DNA of 63,126 nucleotides, filler included, from Atractiella rhizophila (Eukaryota), in NCBI GenBank assembly GCA_021432655.1. It is 5 parts of 4 records of this genome, joined end to end, with 100 filler letters (N's around TTAATTAATTAA, not from the genome) between each part and the next. Parts side by side here need not be neighbours in the genome. Positions count along the whole stretch, not along the records: positions 13,263 to 23,328 come from MU271672.1; positions 23,429 to 45,427 come from MU271672.1; 3 more parts are not named here. One strand, 5' to 3'. The notes beneath the pieces are model-generated. The model was not told the origin of the DNA. It worked only from the letters and a program-made list of their open reading frames with translations, and made no database searches. A program made the translations under genes and the position numbers. Below, piece by piece: positions 13,163 to 24,629 of the stretch (positions are counted from its first letter, which is position 1; every line of letters begins with the position of its first letter).

Positions 13163-13262
13163 NNNNNNNNNNNNNNNNNNNNNNNNNNNNNNNNNNNNNN
13201 NNNNNNTTAATTAATTAANNNNNNNNNNNNNNNNNNNNNNNNNNNNNNNNNNNNNNNNNNNN
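13163..13262. other. Assembly gap with artificial linker (44 N + TTAATTAATTAA + 44 N); same at 23329-23428, 45428-45527 and 59145-59244
   Basis: Identical 100-nt construct four times; the 12-mer gives stops in all six frames. Confidence 0.97.
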
Positions 13263-16200
13263 TTCATCCGAGAGTTTTCCGAGTTCGTCAAGGGTCTCCT
13301 CTAGTATCTTGAACCACCCCTTTCGTCGTTGAGGCGTCAAACGAAGATGTCTCATAATAAAACGAAGCTATTGCTGCTGATTAGCAACATAAATAGAAGA
13401 GAAGGACATACCTCAGCAAGGGTTTCCTTAACCATTCCGACCTGAACTGCGATATCTGAATGGTCTTCAAATGGCAGTTCTCCACCTTCCCTCTTGATCT
13501 TCCGGATAACTTCCTCCTGCCAGACTGCCGATTCCTTTTCCTCATCCTCCTTCCCCTTCTCCAGGAAAGCACTGATAACTTTCAGAAGCTCCAAAGTTGC
13601 AAGATGAATGATGTGAGGAGAACAGAACATGCGGTGTTCTTTTGTGTTGAAGGGGATGCCACGCTCTAGCAATCTGGACTCAATCTGTTCCACAGCGGTC
13701 GTGTTATTTGACGCACCATCGCCAGTGATACATCCTAGCTGTAAGAGTTCGAAAAGCTAAACCCTTTGCCAGTAAATGGAGTGTAGAGAGACCCTTATCT
13801 GCCCGTCAATACCATAGTCATCTACCGTCTTCATAATTGCATCTGCAATGGCTTCTCCTGTATATGCACCTTCAATCTCTTGGAAGTCGATAAGAACCTC
13901 TTCGAGCACCCAGTTATCACTGATGAATGACGCAACAATCGCTAAGAATAAGGAACAGTTATCAGATGTCCGTAAATCTTGTGCAAGGTGGATCTTTGTT
14001 TCCAGTGCCTGCAACTTTAAAGTGAATTGAGTCCGCATACTTGATGAAACCACACACCTGAAACATTTCTCCATTTCTCCTAACTGACGCCTAACATCCT
14101 TTGCCATCGACATGACGTTTCTCTTAACAGTTTCACGGCTCGGTAGTTTGAGCCCTTTCTTTTCTTCATTCACTTCCAAGGTCTCGTCGCCACTCGTGAG
14201 CAAAGTGTCCTCGTCTTCAACAGTACCGTCGATTGGAGCTGGAAACCCTTGATCCTTGGATATGGGGACTGTCAACTGCGAGTAAAGGAGAAGTTCAAGG
14301 AACTCGGGAGAGGTAACAGTTATAAAGGGCTGGTCGGTGCTGATGATGTACTTGATGAGAAGATTATCGAACACATTTTGGTCGAATGTCTTTACACAGT
14401 GAAATAAGGAATCAACATGCAGGGATGGACATACCTGATTCTTGTACTCTTCCATCAGTCAGTTCATCATCTTCTTAATCGACATAGCCTGTAACTTTGC
14501 CTTCTTTTCATCTGAGTCTGTAATCTATGATAAAAGTTACAGTTAGTAAGCGAACATTAAGTGCAGAGCTAGGGTGAATATGGACAGGAATGTGTCACAT
14601 TGCCTTATCAATATCCTCTTGAGGGATGTCTACTTTCTTCTGCACCATGAGCTGTAACTTCTGGTAAAGAGCATAGGCCCCTCTGTGATTTTGAGCCGTC
14701 CTAAGATGACATTCCAGGCTAGAGAAATTATTGTGACTTGTTTTTGCTACTCAGCAGATAAAATCGCAGTGATTGCACTTGTAGTATTTGTCCCCTTCCT
14801 GATGACCTTTCTTGATTTGTTTTGGAGCCGCATCCTTGTGTCAGGTTTGCATCTTATGCAAATCGGCGTCCGTTCGCCGGATTGCGTCTCCCATCACCCA
14901 TTAGCGTTCCCTGCGAATCGGCGCCCGTCGCCACTCTGCATCTCCCGTTGCCTATGTCCACGCAGTGCAAATCAGCGCCCGTTCGCCCATTTGGCCATTT
15001 GCACCTACATCACCACTTAGCCCAATTGTGCCTATCCTCCTCTTATTAACTCCGCATAATCCCACTGTCACTTCCCCTTTTAGTTCTCTTACATGTTTCA
15101 TCTACTCCCCTCTACGCTTTGTGGCAGTGTTATTCCGCTTGTATATATAGATCAGAGAGTAGTGGAGGTGACCTTAGAGTATTCTCTTAGGTTTATCTCC
15201 ACTACAGGTTAGTCTTCATGTCATATCATGCTCTTAGGTTTATCTCCACTACAGACGCATCGCCCACCAGCGACCGCACATAGTGTTTGCCCTAACACCT
15301 TGGAAATCTGTTTGAAAAAGTAATGGACCATGGCTCGTTGTCGAGTGCCAGTTACCTGAATGAGCTGGTAAGTAAGAACGGAACCTGAGATGTAGTAGAG
15401 ACACCTTTGAGTATTGAACATGCCGCTTATTAGGACTAAGGGCTGTCATTGTACAGGTAGGTTGACCATTCTATCACCATGGCCCATTTTTCAAGGCTGT
15501 TTGAATGGAATAAAGGACGCACCTGGACTCGTTTCTTTGACTTCTCGAATGTCTTCCCTGGTAGCATCTCAGCTAGCTCACAGTTGGATACCTCCATTTC
15601 ATCTTGCTCCACCTGTTCGCCATCCTCTCCACTATCGCTTACTTACATCTCGTTTGTTCTCCTGAAGACAGCACAAAGAGCCCTCCATCACCCCCTGCTT
15701 CATCCACTAGATCCGCAACCAGCAGTTGGTAGAAATGGACTGCTACAGCGCACAATGAAGCTTTCCGAGCTTGCACAATGTAGGACGGTACACCGTATTT
15801 ATTCTCGCTTTCACATAAACCGTCCCAGAGCATTTTGAGGCTCCTAAGACCGTGTTGAAAACCAGAATCAGACGAAGATCGGGGGCGGTATCCAGAGAAT
15901 GCGCGATGAAATGGGCAATCGTTATCTTCTTCCTTAGAAGAGAGCTGTTTCCTAAGCTCCTCACACCTCTTGTAAAGCCAAGAAGAAGCCTAAGCAACGA
16001 GTCAAAATTAAATAGGAAGGGTGAGAGAAATACTGTACATAGTTTCTGTCCTGCCGCATGGTTGTGACCACACTTTTCAAGACTTCAAGCTCGTCGTAAC
16101 CCGGAATGGCAGAGTTTCTGTAATGTGAATATGGACCCAATGAGAGTAATCCCGGCAGAGTGTAGAATGAAAGGCTTTACATCTCACGGTCTGATTTTTT

Positions 16201-16717
16201 TCTTTCTCTCTCGCTAATTGACGTTCCTTCTTCATTATTCCTCTTTACCATATCCGCCAACTTGATTTGGCATGTTGGCTTTGATGGCACCATGCTGATG
16301 ATGGAGAAAGTAGTGCCTGCAACAGCCGTGATGCCTTTTATTGACACTTTGGGATCAACACTTTGAATGGAGCACAGGAGCGACTGAGGCGAGACTACTC
16401 AGAAGAAGATTCTGGTCTTACATTGGACAGGCACCAGGTGTACAAAGGAACCTCTGACTTCTTTGATGAGCCAGCCGACCTGGCCTGGTTGACTAAAAGA
16501 TCCTACATAGATTGCACAACTATAGAAATCTGGAGCCACATTAGGAGACGTGTTGGCGTGCGAAGACGGGAACACTCCTTCACCTCTGCCGCACGTCTTC
16601 CCGTCCCGTCAAAAATGCGTGCGGTTCGAGACGTGTTTAGTGAGTTCCACGCACGACAAAAAAAGACGGGAACGAAGTACGGGTTCCGGACCCGTCACGC
16701 CCCGTTGTGCATCCCTA
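13263..16717 (-). mobile_element. Degenerate hAT (Ac-like) DNA transposon; 3' end lost in the gap
   Basis: Transposase motifs IHLAQDLRTSDN, FLAIVASFI..W, YTGEAIA, CITGDGASNN, HRMFCSPHIIHL. BED finger YKCNHC...HLRTAQNH. Terminus TAGGGATGCACAACGGG (16717 to 16701, minus) matches the first 8 nt of the Ac TIR. Subterminal ACGGG/CCCGT motifs at 16566-16705. In-frame TGA stops at 14751-14753 and 14459-14461. Confidence 0.88.
14839..15297. mobile_element. Solo LTR (459 bp) inserted in the hAT transposase
   Basis: Begins TGTCAGG and ends CCTAACA (6/7 inverted match). Flanked by 5-bp TSD CCTTG (14834-14838 and 15298-15302). TATA-like TATATATA at 15142. Removing it restores the transposase frame VHYFFKQISK|DAAPKQ. 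Confidence 0.9.
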
Positions 16718-17085
16718 TTGGCCACAGTTCCAGAAAGTGCTCGAAGGAAACTAACGCTCAAGTGCGCAAGTGGCGAAAGGAGGAGGCGTGCAGTTCCGTC
16801 ACTTGTATTGTATTCTACCCTATTTCTGAAATGCTGGATATATTTCACGCCGAGTTGGCCTGTCGTCGCCAAAGAAAAAACAAACAGAGTGGTATTTGCG
16901 CTTGTATCCCTTTCCTAACTGTCTAATGGTTGTGCGCGAATTTGGATCAAAAGCACGTGCTACTGGACCTTCGATCCTAGAAGAAAGGAATAAGGAAACA
17001 ATCCTCGGAGTGACATAAGATTGCGGAGCGACAGCAAACAAAGTGAAGTACTGATACATTTTCCTCCCACCATCCAACCGCACAC

Positions 17086-18079
17086 CTAAAAGATAGCCCC
17101 CGCCATCCTCTTCACGAGGTCCCTCGCGAACGGAATGTAAGAGAGGGAGTACCATATGTACGCGAGGTATGTCGTTATTGCGAACACCTATCATCCATCC
17201 ACAGAGTAACACAATAAAGACGTCAGTAAGAAAGGGAAAGACTGGAGAGGAGAAGTAGGAGACGGACGAGGACGAGGGCGTCGGATCCTATCACGTAGGC
17301 GGAGATGAAGACGAGGACTATCGATGAGATCTAGCACAAACTAATCAACCAACCGCCGGCGCATGGTATAGTGAAGAAGGGATGACAAAGGAGTGGGACG
17401 TACGAAGACGATGGTGGCTATGAGTCGGACGGGTTTGAACATGAGCTCCAATTGGCGCTTAAACTTGATTCCACGATGTCACAGATACACATTAGAGCTG
17501 GAGAGGGACAAGGAAATGGACGCACGCCGATGAGGAAGCCTGTGCCCACGAGGGAGACGAGGACTCCGATGGTGTAGAGCACTGTTGGCTCGATTCATGA
17601 ATGAACGAACGGTGAGAAGGGGAAGAGAGACGAACGCGCAAAAGAGGTGACGTTCCCTGTTGTGAAGAGGATACCTCCTACGATGGAGATTGCGAAACCC
17701 GCTGCGACGCTGTGTTCCAACCACAGTGGACAGACGGGGTACACACAACGACAAAGGAGAAAGTTCCAATCAACACCGTTCCCATTATACTAAACGAACA
17801 AAATAAATAGGGAAGGAGAAGACGGACCAACCAACGAATCCATATATCCTCTGTGTCTTGGACAACTCCAAAAAATCAAAGGTGGACGAATTGTTATTCT
17901 CAAACAGCTCCGAGGTGTTCTTCAGCGAGTTCGTATCGATATTGCGCCTGCAATACACCATTCGCATCACATGACCCGAAGACAAAGCAGCAGAAGCGGA
18001 GGAGGTCGTGAGTTTTGCCTGTGGATGGAATGGAGGTCGGGAGGGAAGAGGCGTACCAAGGACCAGAGGGGAGCGGCAT
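17086..18079 (-). CDS. SFT2/Got1-family vesicle transport protein (SFT2D-like)
   Basis: Spliced exons: FLELSKTQRIYGFVG, GFAISIVGGILF, VLYTIGVLVSLVGTGFLIG, FKRQLELMFKPVRLIATIVF, YLAYIWYSLSYIPFARDLVK...*. WYSLSYIPFAR is the SFT2 signature. Confidence 0.85.
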
Positions 18080-18459
18080 GTTGGGAATTAGAGAAGAGCT
18101 GGAACTAGCCGGAGTTCGTAGCGGGCGTTATTATTGCGTTTATGCTAACAATGAGCGGGAGGAGTTCGTCGTCGTGTCAGCTGTCGGGAAGTTGGCAATG
18201 TCCGAGCTCCGAGAATTGGAGGAAAGCGGAATGTGCCGCTCCACTCCTTCTAGATAGCCGAATCGGGATGTTCCGAGAAATGCGGTGTGTGAGTTGGGAA
18301 TGGTTGACGTCAGAGAGACCACGTCAAGACGCGTCTGATGGATTTCTATTCGAGGCATCACATTCACATAAAAGGGCAGCTCCTTCATCTTCCCCCACTT
18401 GAACAACCCATCACTTCATCCACCCACTCATCCATTAATTCACAGCAAATTGAACGACA

Positions 18460-20131
18460 ATGGGTAACGACAAATCGAGCGAACAACAAAGATTCCAGAC
18501 GTCTGTCTCTTCATCTATCTTATCTGCCAAAAACTCACCTTTTGGTGTTGGGAAACAGCGACGGCGGTTGGCTACCCCGCGACCATAAGCATCATCGATC
18601 CTGGCTCCAGTCCACACTGAAACATGTCGAATCCAATCCTACTCCACCAGAGAAGTTCGATGAGTCCATCAAGGGCCTTAAGGATTTGATTGAGAACAAT
18701 ACGAGGATCTTCATGCTTTTCGAGACTATGTTTTCTGAGAGTATGTCCTTCCCCTCTTTTGTCTTTCGCTTTCGGCAACACATCCCTGTGCCAGTTAGCT
18801 GGGATCGTTTACTTCTGATGACTTCGTTACTGCTTGGAAAGAGGCTGATACTGGACTATTTGGGGATAGTACCAAACAAGGCGCCTTACAACAGGGACCC
18901 AAAAGGAAATCCCGAGATAAGAGACTACCACCACCTCCTCGAAGTCCTGAACCACGTCATAACGACAGCTCCCGCCTGGTCCGACAAAGGGGAGAGCGTC
19001 GGTCTAGTCGGTGCGTCTATCCTCTCGTATAATTCAAGCTGTGAGAACTGAGGAGGATGCAGGAATCCCAATAAATGCGATCCTCGACTGGGGAATGGGA
19101 ACCAAAGCCGGTTTCTCCCTCTTCCTCGACCCCCAACTGAATCAAGCATTCAAAAAGATCCTCAACGCCTGGGGATCCTACCTCCGCTCCCCACCCTCCG
19201 CCGACGTCCTCGACGGCTGGCTGTCCCCGCACGGTCTCCAACACCTCGAAGAAGCCGCGAACGTCGAGGGACCGAAGAGGAAGTTTGAGGAGATATACAA
19301 GTGCGAGAAAGAGAAGAAACACTATGGATTTAAGAGCTGGGACGACTTTTTCACTCGCCATTTCCGCGAACACGTCCGTCCAGTGGCTAGTCCAGACGAC
19401 GACGACGTGATTGCGAACGCATGCGAGAGCGTGCCGTATGCGGTCGCACACAATGTGAAGGCGCGAGATAGGTTCTGGACGAAGGGCCAGCCGTACTCTG
19501 TCAAGGATATGCTAGACAACGATGAGTGGGCGGACCAATTCGTAGGCGGGACGATCTACCAAGCTTTCCTCTCATCCCTTTCCTACCATCGATGGCATTC
19601 CCCCGTCTCTGGAACCATCGTCAAAGTTCGGAATATCGATGGGACGTATTATTCTGAACCGTTGTTCTCAGATTTCGACGAGATGAAGGACGGCGCGGAT
19701 GCGCAGGGCGAGGTCACTAGTCAGGCGTATCAGGCGGCGGTGGCGACCCGCGCGCTGATATTTATCGAAGCCGATAATAAGAAGATTGGACTGACGTGTT
19801 TTGTGGGCGTGGGAATGGTGGAAGTCAGCACTTGCGACATCGGAGTCAAGGTTTGCCTCTTCCTGCATTCTCTCTCTTATAAAACTCACCATGGTTAACA
19901 GGTCGGGCAGAAGGTCAAGAAAGGAGATGAGATCGGAATGTACGTCCTCTACAGCCTATCTCTTGCTAAAGGAAGGCATGGAGTTCATTCACGTTGTCGG
20001 GAGATAGGTTCCACTTTGGAGGTTCGACCCATTGTCTGCTCTTCAGGAAGGGAGTGAAGCTGGAAGGCTTCCCGAAGACCGGAGGGAGCAAGAATGTACC
20101 GCTCAGATCACATCTCGCCAAAGTCGTATGA
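18460..20131 (+). CDS. Phosphatidylserine-decarboxylase-family protein with PsiD-like N-terminal domain (pyruvoyl-dependent)
   Basis: GGWLP N-terminal motif, PINAILDW, YGFKSWDDFFTRHFR, NACES, YQAFLSSLSYHRWHSPVSG, GMVEVSTC, and the autocleavage motif FHFGGSTH; TGA at 20129-20131. Confidence 0.9.
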
Positions 20132-20350
20132 TCTAGTGATAGTGGGAATTGCTATCCGATCCGATGTTCGAGTCTCTCCATTCTATCCTCTCCCGAGAGA
20201 GAATATCAGTCTTGCATCAACCAAGGATTTTCTGAGTGCGAAGGGTTACGATCACTACATACTTAATCTGTTGTCTATACACAAATGCACCGCAAATATT
20301 CTCACCTAGCACACATATAGTAAGAGAGTGCTCTCTTCTCGCGTCCCTCC

Positions 20351-21936
20351 TTAAGGGAAAAGCATCCGCCTCAAAGATTTCATTTCTGGGCAATTGTCTG
20401 GCCCTTCACATTTGTGTCCAATCTTCGCCATGTGGAAATCAATGAGAGCGAGCGACCCGTCAGGTCTTCGAAAGATGTTGTACGAATCAATATCCCCGTG
20501 CGTCACTCCAATGGAGTGCAACTGGAGCACATGTCGCCAAAGTTGGTCCCTAGCGATTTCGCATCAGAACAAATACAATCGCGCCACAAGTTTCAAGGAA
20601 GGAAGACTCACTTGTCGCTCTCGGGGAGCCCGGACAAATTCCCTATGGGTTTCCCTAACAGATCCCACGTTGACTGCCCGACATCTTCAAGTAGGAAGCA
20701 GTACATTGGGTACTCGCTCCCCAATTGCCAGACACCGTAAAGTTTAGGAACGAAGGGTAGCCGATGAGGAGCTAGATAACGATAGACCGATACTTCACGC
20801 AGCATCCTTTCTTTGGTGTCGTCGTCATATGTCTTTGATATGACGGTCATGGAGGTTCCGGGAAGATGTCCTCTGAAGGCTTGCCCGCCCTCCCACCTGG
20901 GACCACATTCATAATTGAAACAAATCTGAGGCTCGTCACTTGGTGTAGATACGGCTGACGGTGGCCATTCCTTACTGGCCAAGATCGTGCCAGCAAGAGC
21001 GAGGGTCAGATCGTAGGTTTTGAGGTCGTACCTGCTCAAGTTGTACAAAATTTTCAGACGATGAATCTAAACTTGGTCAACCACCGCGATAAACAAGAAA
21101 TTGAAAGAAATAGACTCAGTACCATGGAGAGATCAAATGCAAGTTGCTGCGGATGTTGGCATCGTCCAGCCCAGAACGGTTGCTCATGTAAACCGCGGCA
21201 AGGGTTATCTTCTGGTCCGTCGCCTTCTCTAGAATACCCCCCATCAGACAAAGTGCTACCGCGACCAACTTTCGGTGTAAAGTTGGCGTTGGCGTCCGTG
21301 TTAGCGACATTGGAGAACTAAACCAGAATGGGGATCAGGCAAGTAGAAAATGTGATCGGGAAACCACACAACTTTGTCAACACTCATTTTGCCTCTATTA
21401 GACTCCTTGTTGAAACCGAAGATAGTCGTGTTAACGGCAGTTTTGATACGGCTGAGAAGTAGGGACCTAAAGTCATTCAAAAGAGACGTTTGTCGAGTCC
21501 TCTCATCCCCAGTGCCCGAAAAAGGTTGCTCTCGATATAGCCAACTAGGGATACTGTGCTCGCGATAACGCATAGGCGAGTTGAAACGAGCTTTCAAAGT
21601 CTTGTAATGGTGCCTCAAAATCAGTGACACTCGAGCCACACGTTGAGTAAAAACGTGAAGTTGACGGCGCGTTCGTTCCTTCCCCATGTCATTGGAGTAT
21701 ATTTGGATAGGCTGGTTTTCGAAGACTTCGGGAACGAAGATATCATTCTTCGTATCTGAGCTGCCGAGAATCTGTTGACTATGGCATTGAACCACGCCTC
21801 GCTCATGAGCAGCCGCATATCTGGAGGACGGGTTGAGAAATTTCTGTTTGTAACTAGTCGCTTGGCGAGCCGTTAGGAGGGAGAAGTGAGTCTGAAGAAG
21901 ATACTGCTTGAGCTGTTTGAGTGGGGTCTGGGACAT
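20351..21936 (-). CDS. Fungal protein-kinase-like protein, copy 1
   Basis: C-terminal kinase fold: VISKTY, REVSVY, VPKLYG, LLEDVG, HSIGVTHGDIDSYN, LIDFH. Clear paralogue of 31234-33103. Confidence 0.75.
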
Positions 21937-22418
21937 GATAAACCTCGAAGGGATCCGAGATGCCACTTGGGACTACTTCCTAGAATCCTTGAGCATATGT
22001 CCACAGCTGCAGCATCGTAACACAATAATCACTGGATACTCACTTTGTGCGAAAAATGAAGCCTATTACATAGAGTGTGTTCTCACAATATTGAATGCAG
22101 AGTGAGGGTTGGAATGTGGTCGCAAAATGAGTCCAAGTAGCTGACTATGTGTTCTTCGTGCTTAGGACCTTCCCTTCATTCACTTCAAGGCTTACAACGA
22201 AGCTCTCAAGCTTCACATAAACAACTGCCGAAGAAATGACTGTCACAAAGTTCGGACAGTTTATTACAAGACAAGGCTGCAATCAACGAGTATGGGTACT
22301 TTTGCACTTTCGTGCGCAGCCTCGTCATAAGTTGACCATAGATTTGGACGCAGCATCTCAGTTACCAGTACAGTAAAGGTCTCATGGATTGCTTCTCAAC
22401 CAAGCCATGGTTATTGAA

Positions 22419-23187
22419 TTACGGACAGAAAGTAACGGTAAGCCCAGTCCCAAGAGCGGAGTTCCTGAAAACAGTGTTAATTTTCCGTGAACGAGTGAAA
22501 TAATTGGGGATGGACGGACCTGTCAGCAACCCCTCCATCGTCATTAGTCTGCCATGCCTGATCTTTGGGGCAGTTTCCTGGCACGCAAGTTACGCTCTGC
22601 CCATCAGCTGCACTGAGCCTGATGGGGATATTGATCGATCCTCCAACGTAGCTAGATTCAGGTAAAAAGGTTAAATTGAATTCGAGGATCGAATTGACAA
22701 CCTACCTCAAGTCCCAGCTCGTCCTCAATCCTCCCCACTGCCCAAAGTCAGCGTAACCCTCCTCAGCAAAAAGGGCGGCAGCAGTGATTCCGGCATCGTT
22801 GCATACCAAACCTGAAAAGATGTTGAGTTAGTAATGCAAGCAAGCTCGCGAGAGACACAAACCTCCGTTGCACCTGCCAGTCGCACAGTTAGCACCCGAA
22901 CCGTCACAGCCTGTCCTTCCCCAAGCGCGGATTCCCTGGGGTAACGTCAAAAATTACTCAGAGCTGATGAACAGCAGGAGACGCACAGTGAGATTGCTAT
23001 CAACTGAAACGCTCTTGGTCTGACCAGACGGCAAGACGTCTCCCCAGGCAACGCTGGGGTCAACAGCTCCCCACGGCGCCCTTCCCAAAGCGGGCCATAT
23101 CGTGTAAGAGCATCGGTTCGTGAAAGTAATGGTGATAGCTGAAGCTTGAGCAGCAAGCAGCGCAGGAATGAGGAGGAGGGACTTCAT
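22419..23187 (-). CDS. Small secreted thaumatin/osmotin-like protein
   Basis: Signal peptide MKSLLLIPALLAAQASA, then ITFTNRCSYTIWP, RAWGRTGC...CATGRC, WDLSYVGG.NIP, VTFCP*. Five exons, about 185 aa, 8 Cys. Confidence 0.88.
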
Positions 23188-24629
23188 TTTGCAGGAACGT
23201 GAGGTGAATTGCGAAGAGCGCAGAGGAGCCTCTCACCTCTTCATGCATTGACCGTCCTCACCGTGTCCAAACGGGTGAGGAATCTGGTGAAACGGAGTGC
23301 GCCGTGCTCATATTATATTCTCCTAAAGNNNNNNNNNNNNNNNNNNNNNNNNNNNNNNNNNNNNNNNNNNNNTTAATTAATTAANNNNNNNNNNNNNNNN
23401 NNNNNNNNNNNNNNNNNNNNNNNNNNNNGGCTTGTACGTAACCTTATGCAATTTAGAGTGCGCCGTCGCTACTGCCTGGGCTTCGTCCAGCTACTAAGCC
23501 GCTTGCTGAACTAGAGGTTCGAACCTCCTTCCGAATGGCTAGAGCTGGAGGAGTAAGTTTTTAACTTTTGGCCCGAGAGCCAAGTTCTTCGCCAACTTCT
23601 ATAACAGGTCTCCTTGTGTTGTCTCGAAGTCTTCTTCTAAAAGCCGTCATGTGAACCACCTAGAAAACCTCTCTAGGGCTTCCTTAGTGGCACCTGAGTT
23701 TTCGTCCGAACCAAAGAGCAATTTCGAAATCGACTGTTGCTTCTTCACCCAACGATGGGGTTAACTTAGAAGCGATTGTGAACTTATCTATTTGAAACGC
23801 CTTTGGAAGCGGTTGAGCGGGAAGCTTCCGCTGTCTCGACGATACTGACGTGAGCTTGTCTAACTTTACTAAAGGTATGTCTTTTTTTAGTCCAAGCAGG
23901 CTTTGAGGAAAACGGGCAATGCACAGCAAATATAAAGCTTATCCACCAAGACAGTAGGCCGGACCATTTGGTCAAATAGCGAGACAAAAGGTCGCGGAAC
24001 AGCGCCTAGGTTTGAAGCGTTGTCAAGTTGTTGACGAGCAATGGAGGTTCAGGTAAAGAAGGTGACTTTTTCGCTAATTCCTGCGTGTTCTCCTCGAAGA
24101 CCTTGACCCGTTCCACACCCTCGATGAGCAGATCACCGTGAGGAATAGGGTAGTGGCGAGCTTACTTCTTCCAAAACCTACCTTACCTTCGCTTAGTTTT
24201 CTGCAACCTCCCAGATCTTTTCTTCGTCCCGCTCGACTACTCTTTCTAATTTCGAGATCCTTTCCTTGCTGCACGACTGCTCCTGCTCCTCCTCTTCTTC
24301 TTAAGTAAGCCACAGCCGACCAAGAGATTTATCACCGATGGCTGGTAACACCTATCAAATGATACATAAAATAAGACAACGTTTGCATATGTGGTATAAC
24401 GTGGTCGAAAGTTGAGGGAAGTCTCGTACTTTCGAGAAGTCTGTTTACACTAACTAACTTATGTACTAGGGTACACGATCTTAATTGGGACACGCCAGGT
24501 CATTCGCTGGATCTCTCTTTACCAAAGGCAGACAATGTGAAGAAAGTACATCCTCAGGGGAAAGATTTGTTAGCGCGTGAATGTCGAGGCTTTCTACATA
24601 GTTGGGTTATTTCTCACTTAATCTTCTTG

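Noticed and set aside
13207..13218. TTAATTAATTAA palindrome occurring four times
   Set aside because: Always centred in exactly 44+44 N; an artificial gap linker, not biological.
14857..14987. CRISPR-like pattern of three 21-22-nt repeats with 33-nt spacers
   Set aside because: The spacers resemble each other (TGCRTCTCCC), the repeats are degenerate, no cas genes are present, and it lies inside a eukaryotic solo LTR.
23429..24330. Short coding-like ORFs (also 40645-41370 and 45528-47100)
   Set aside because: No recognisable domain or consistent exon chain; left uncalled.
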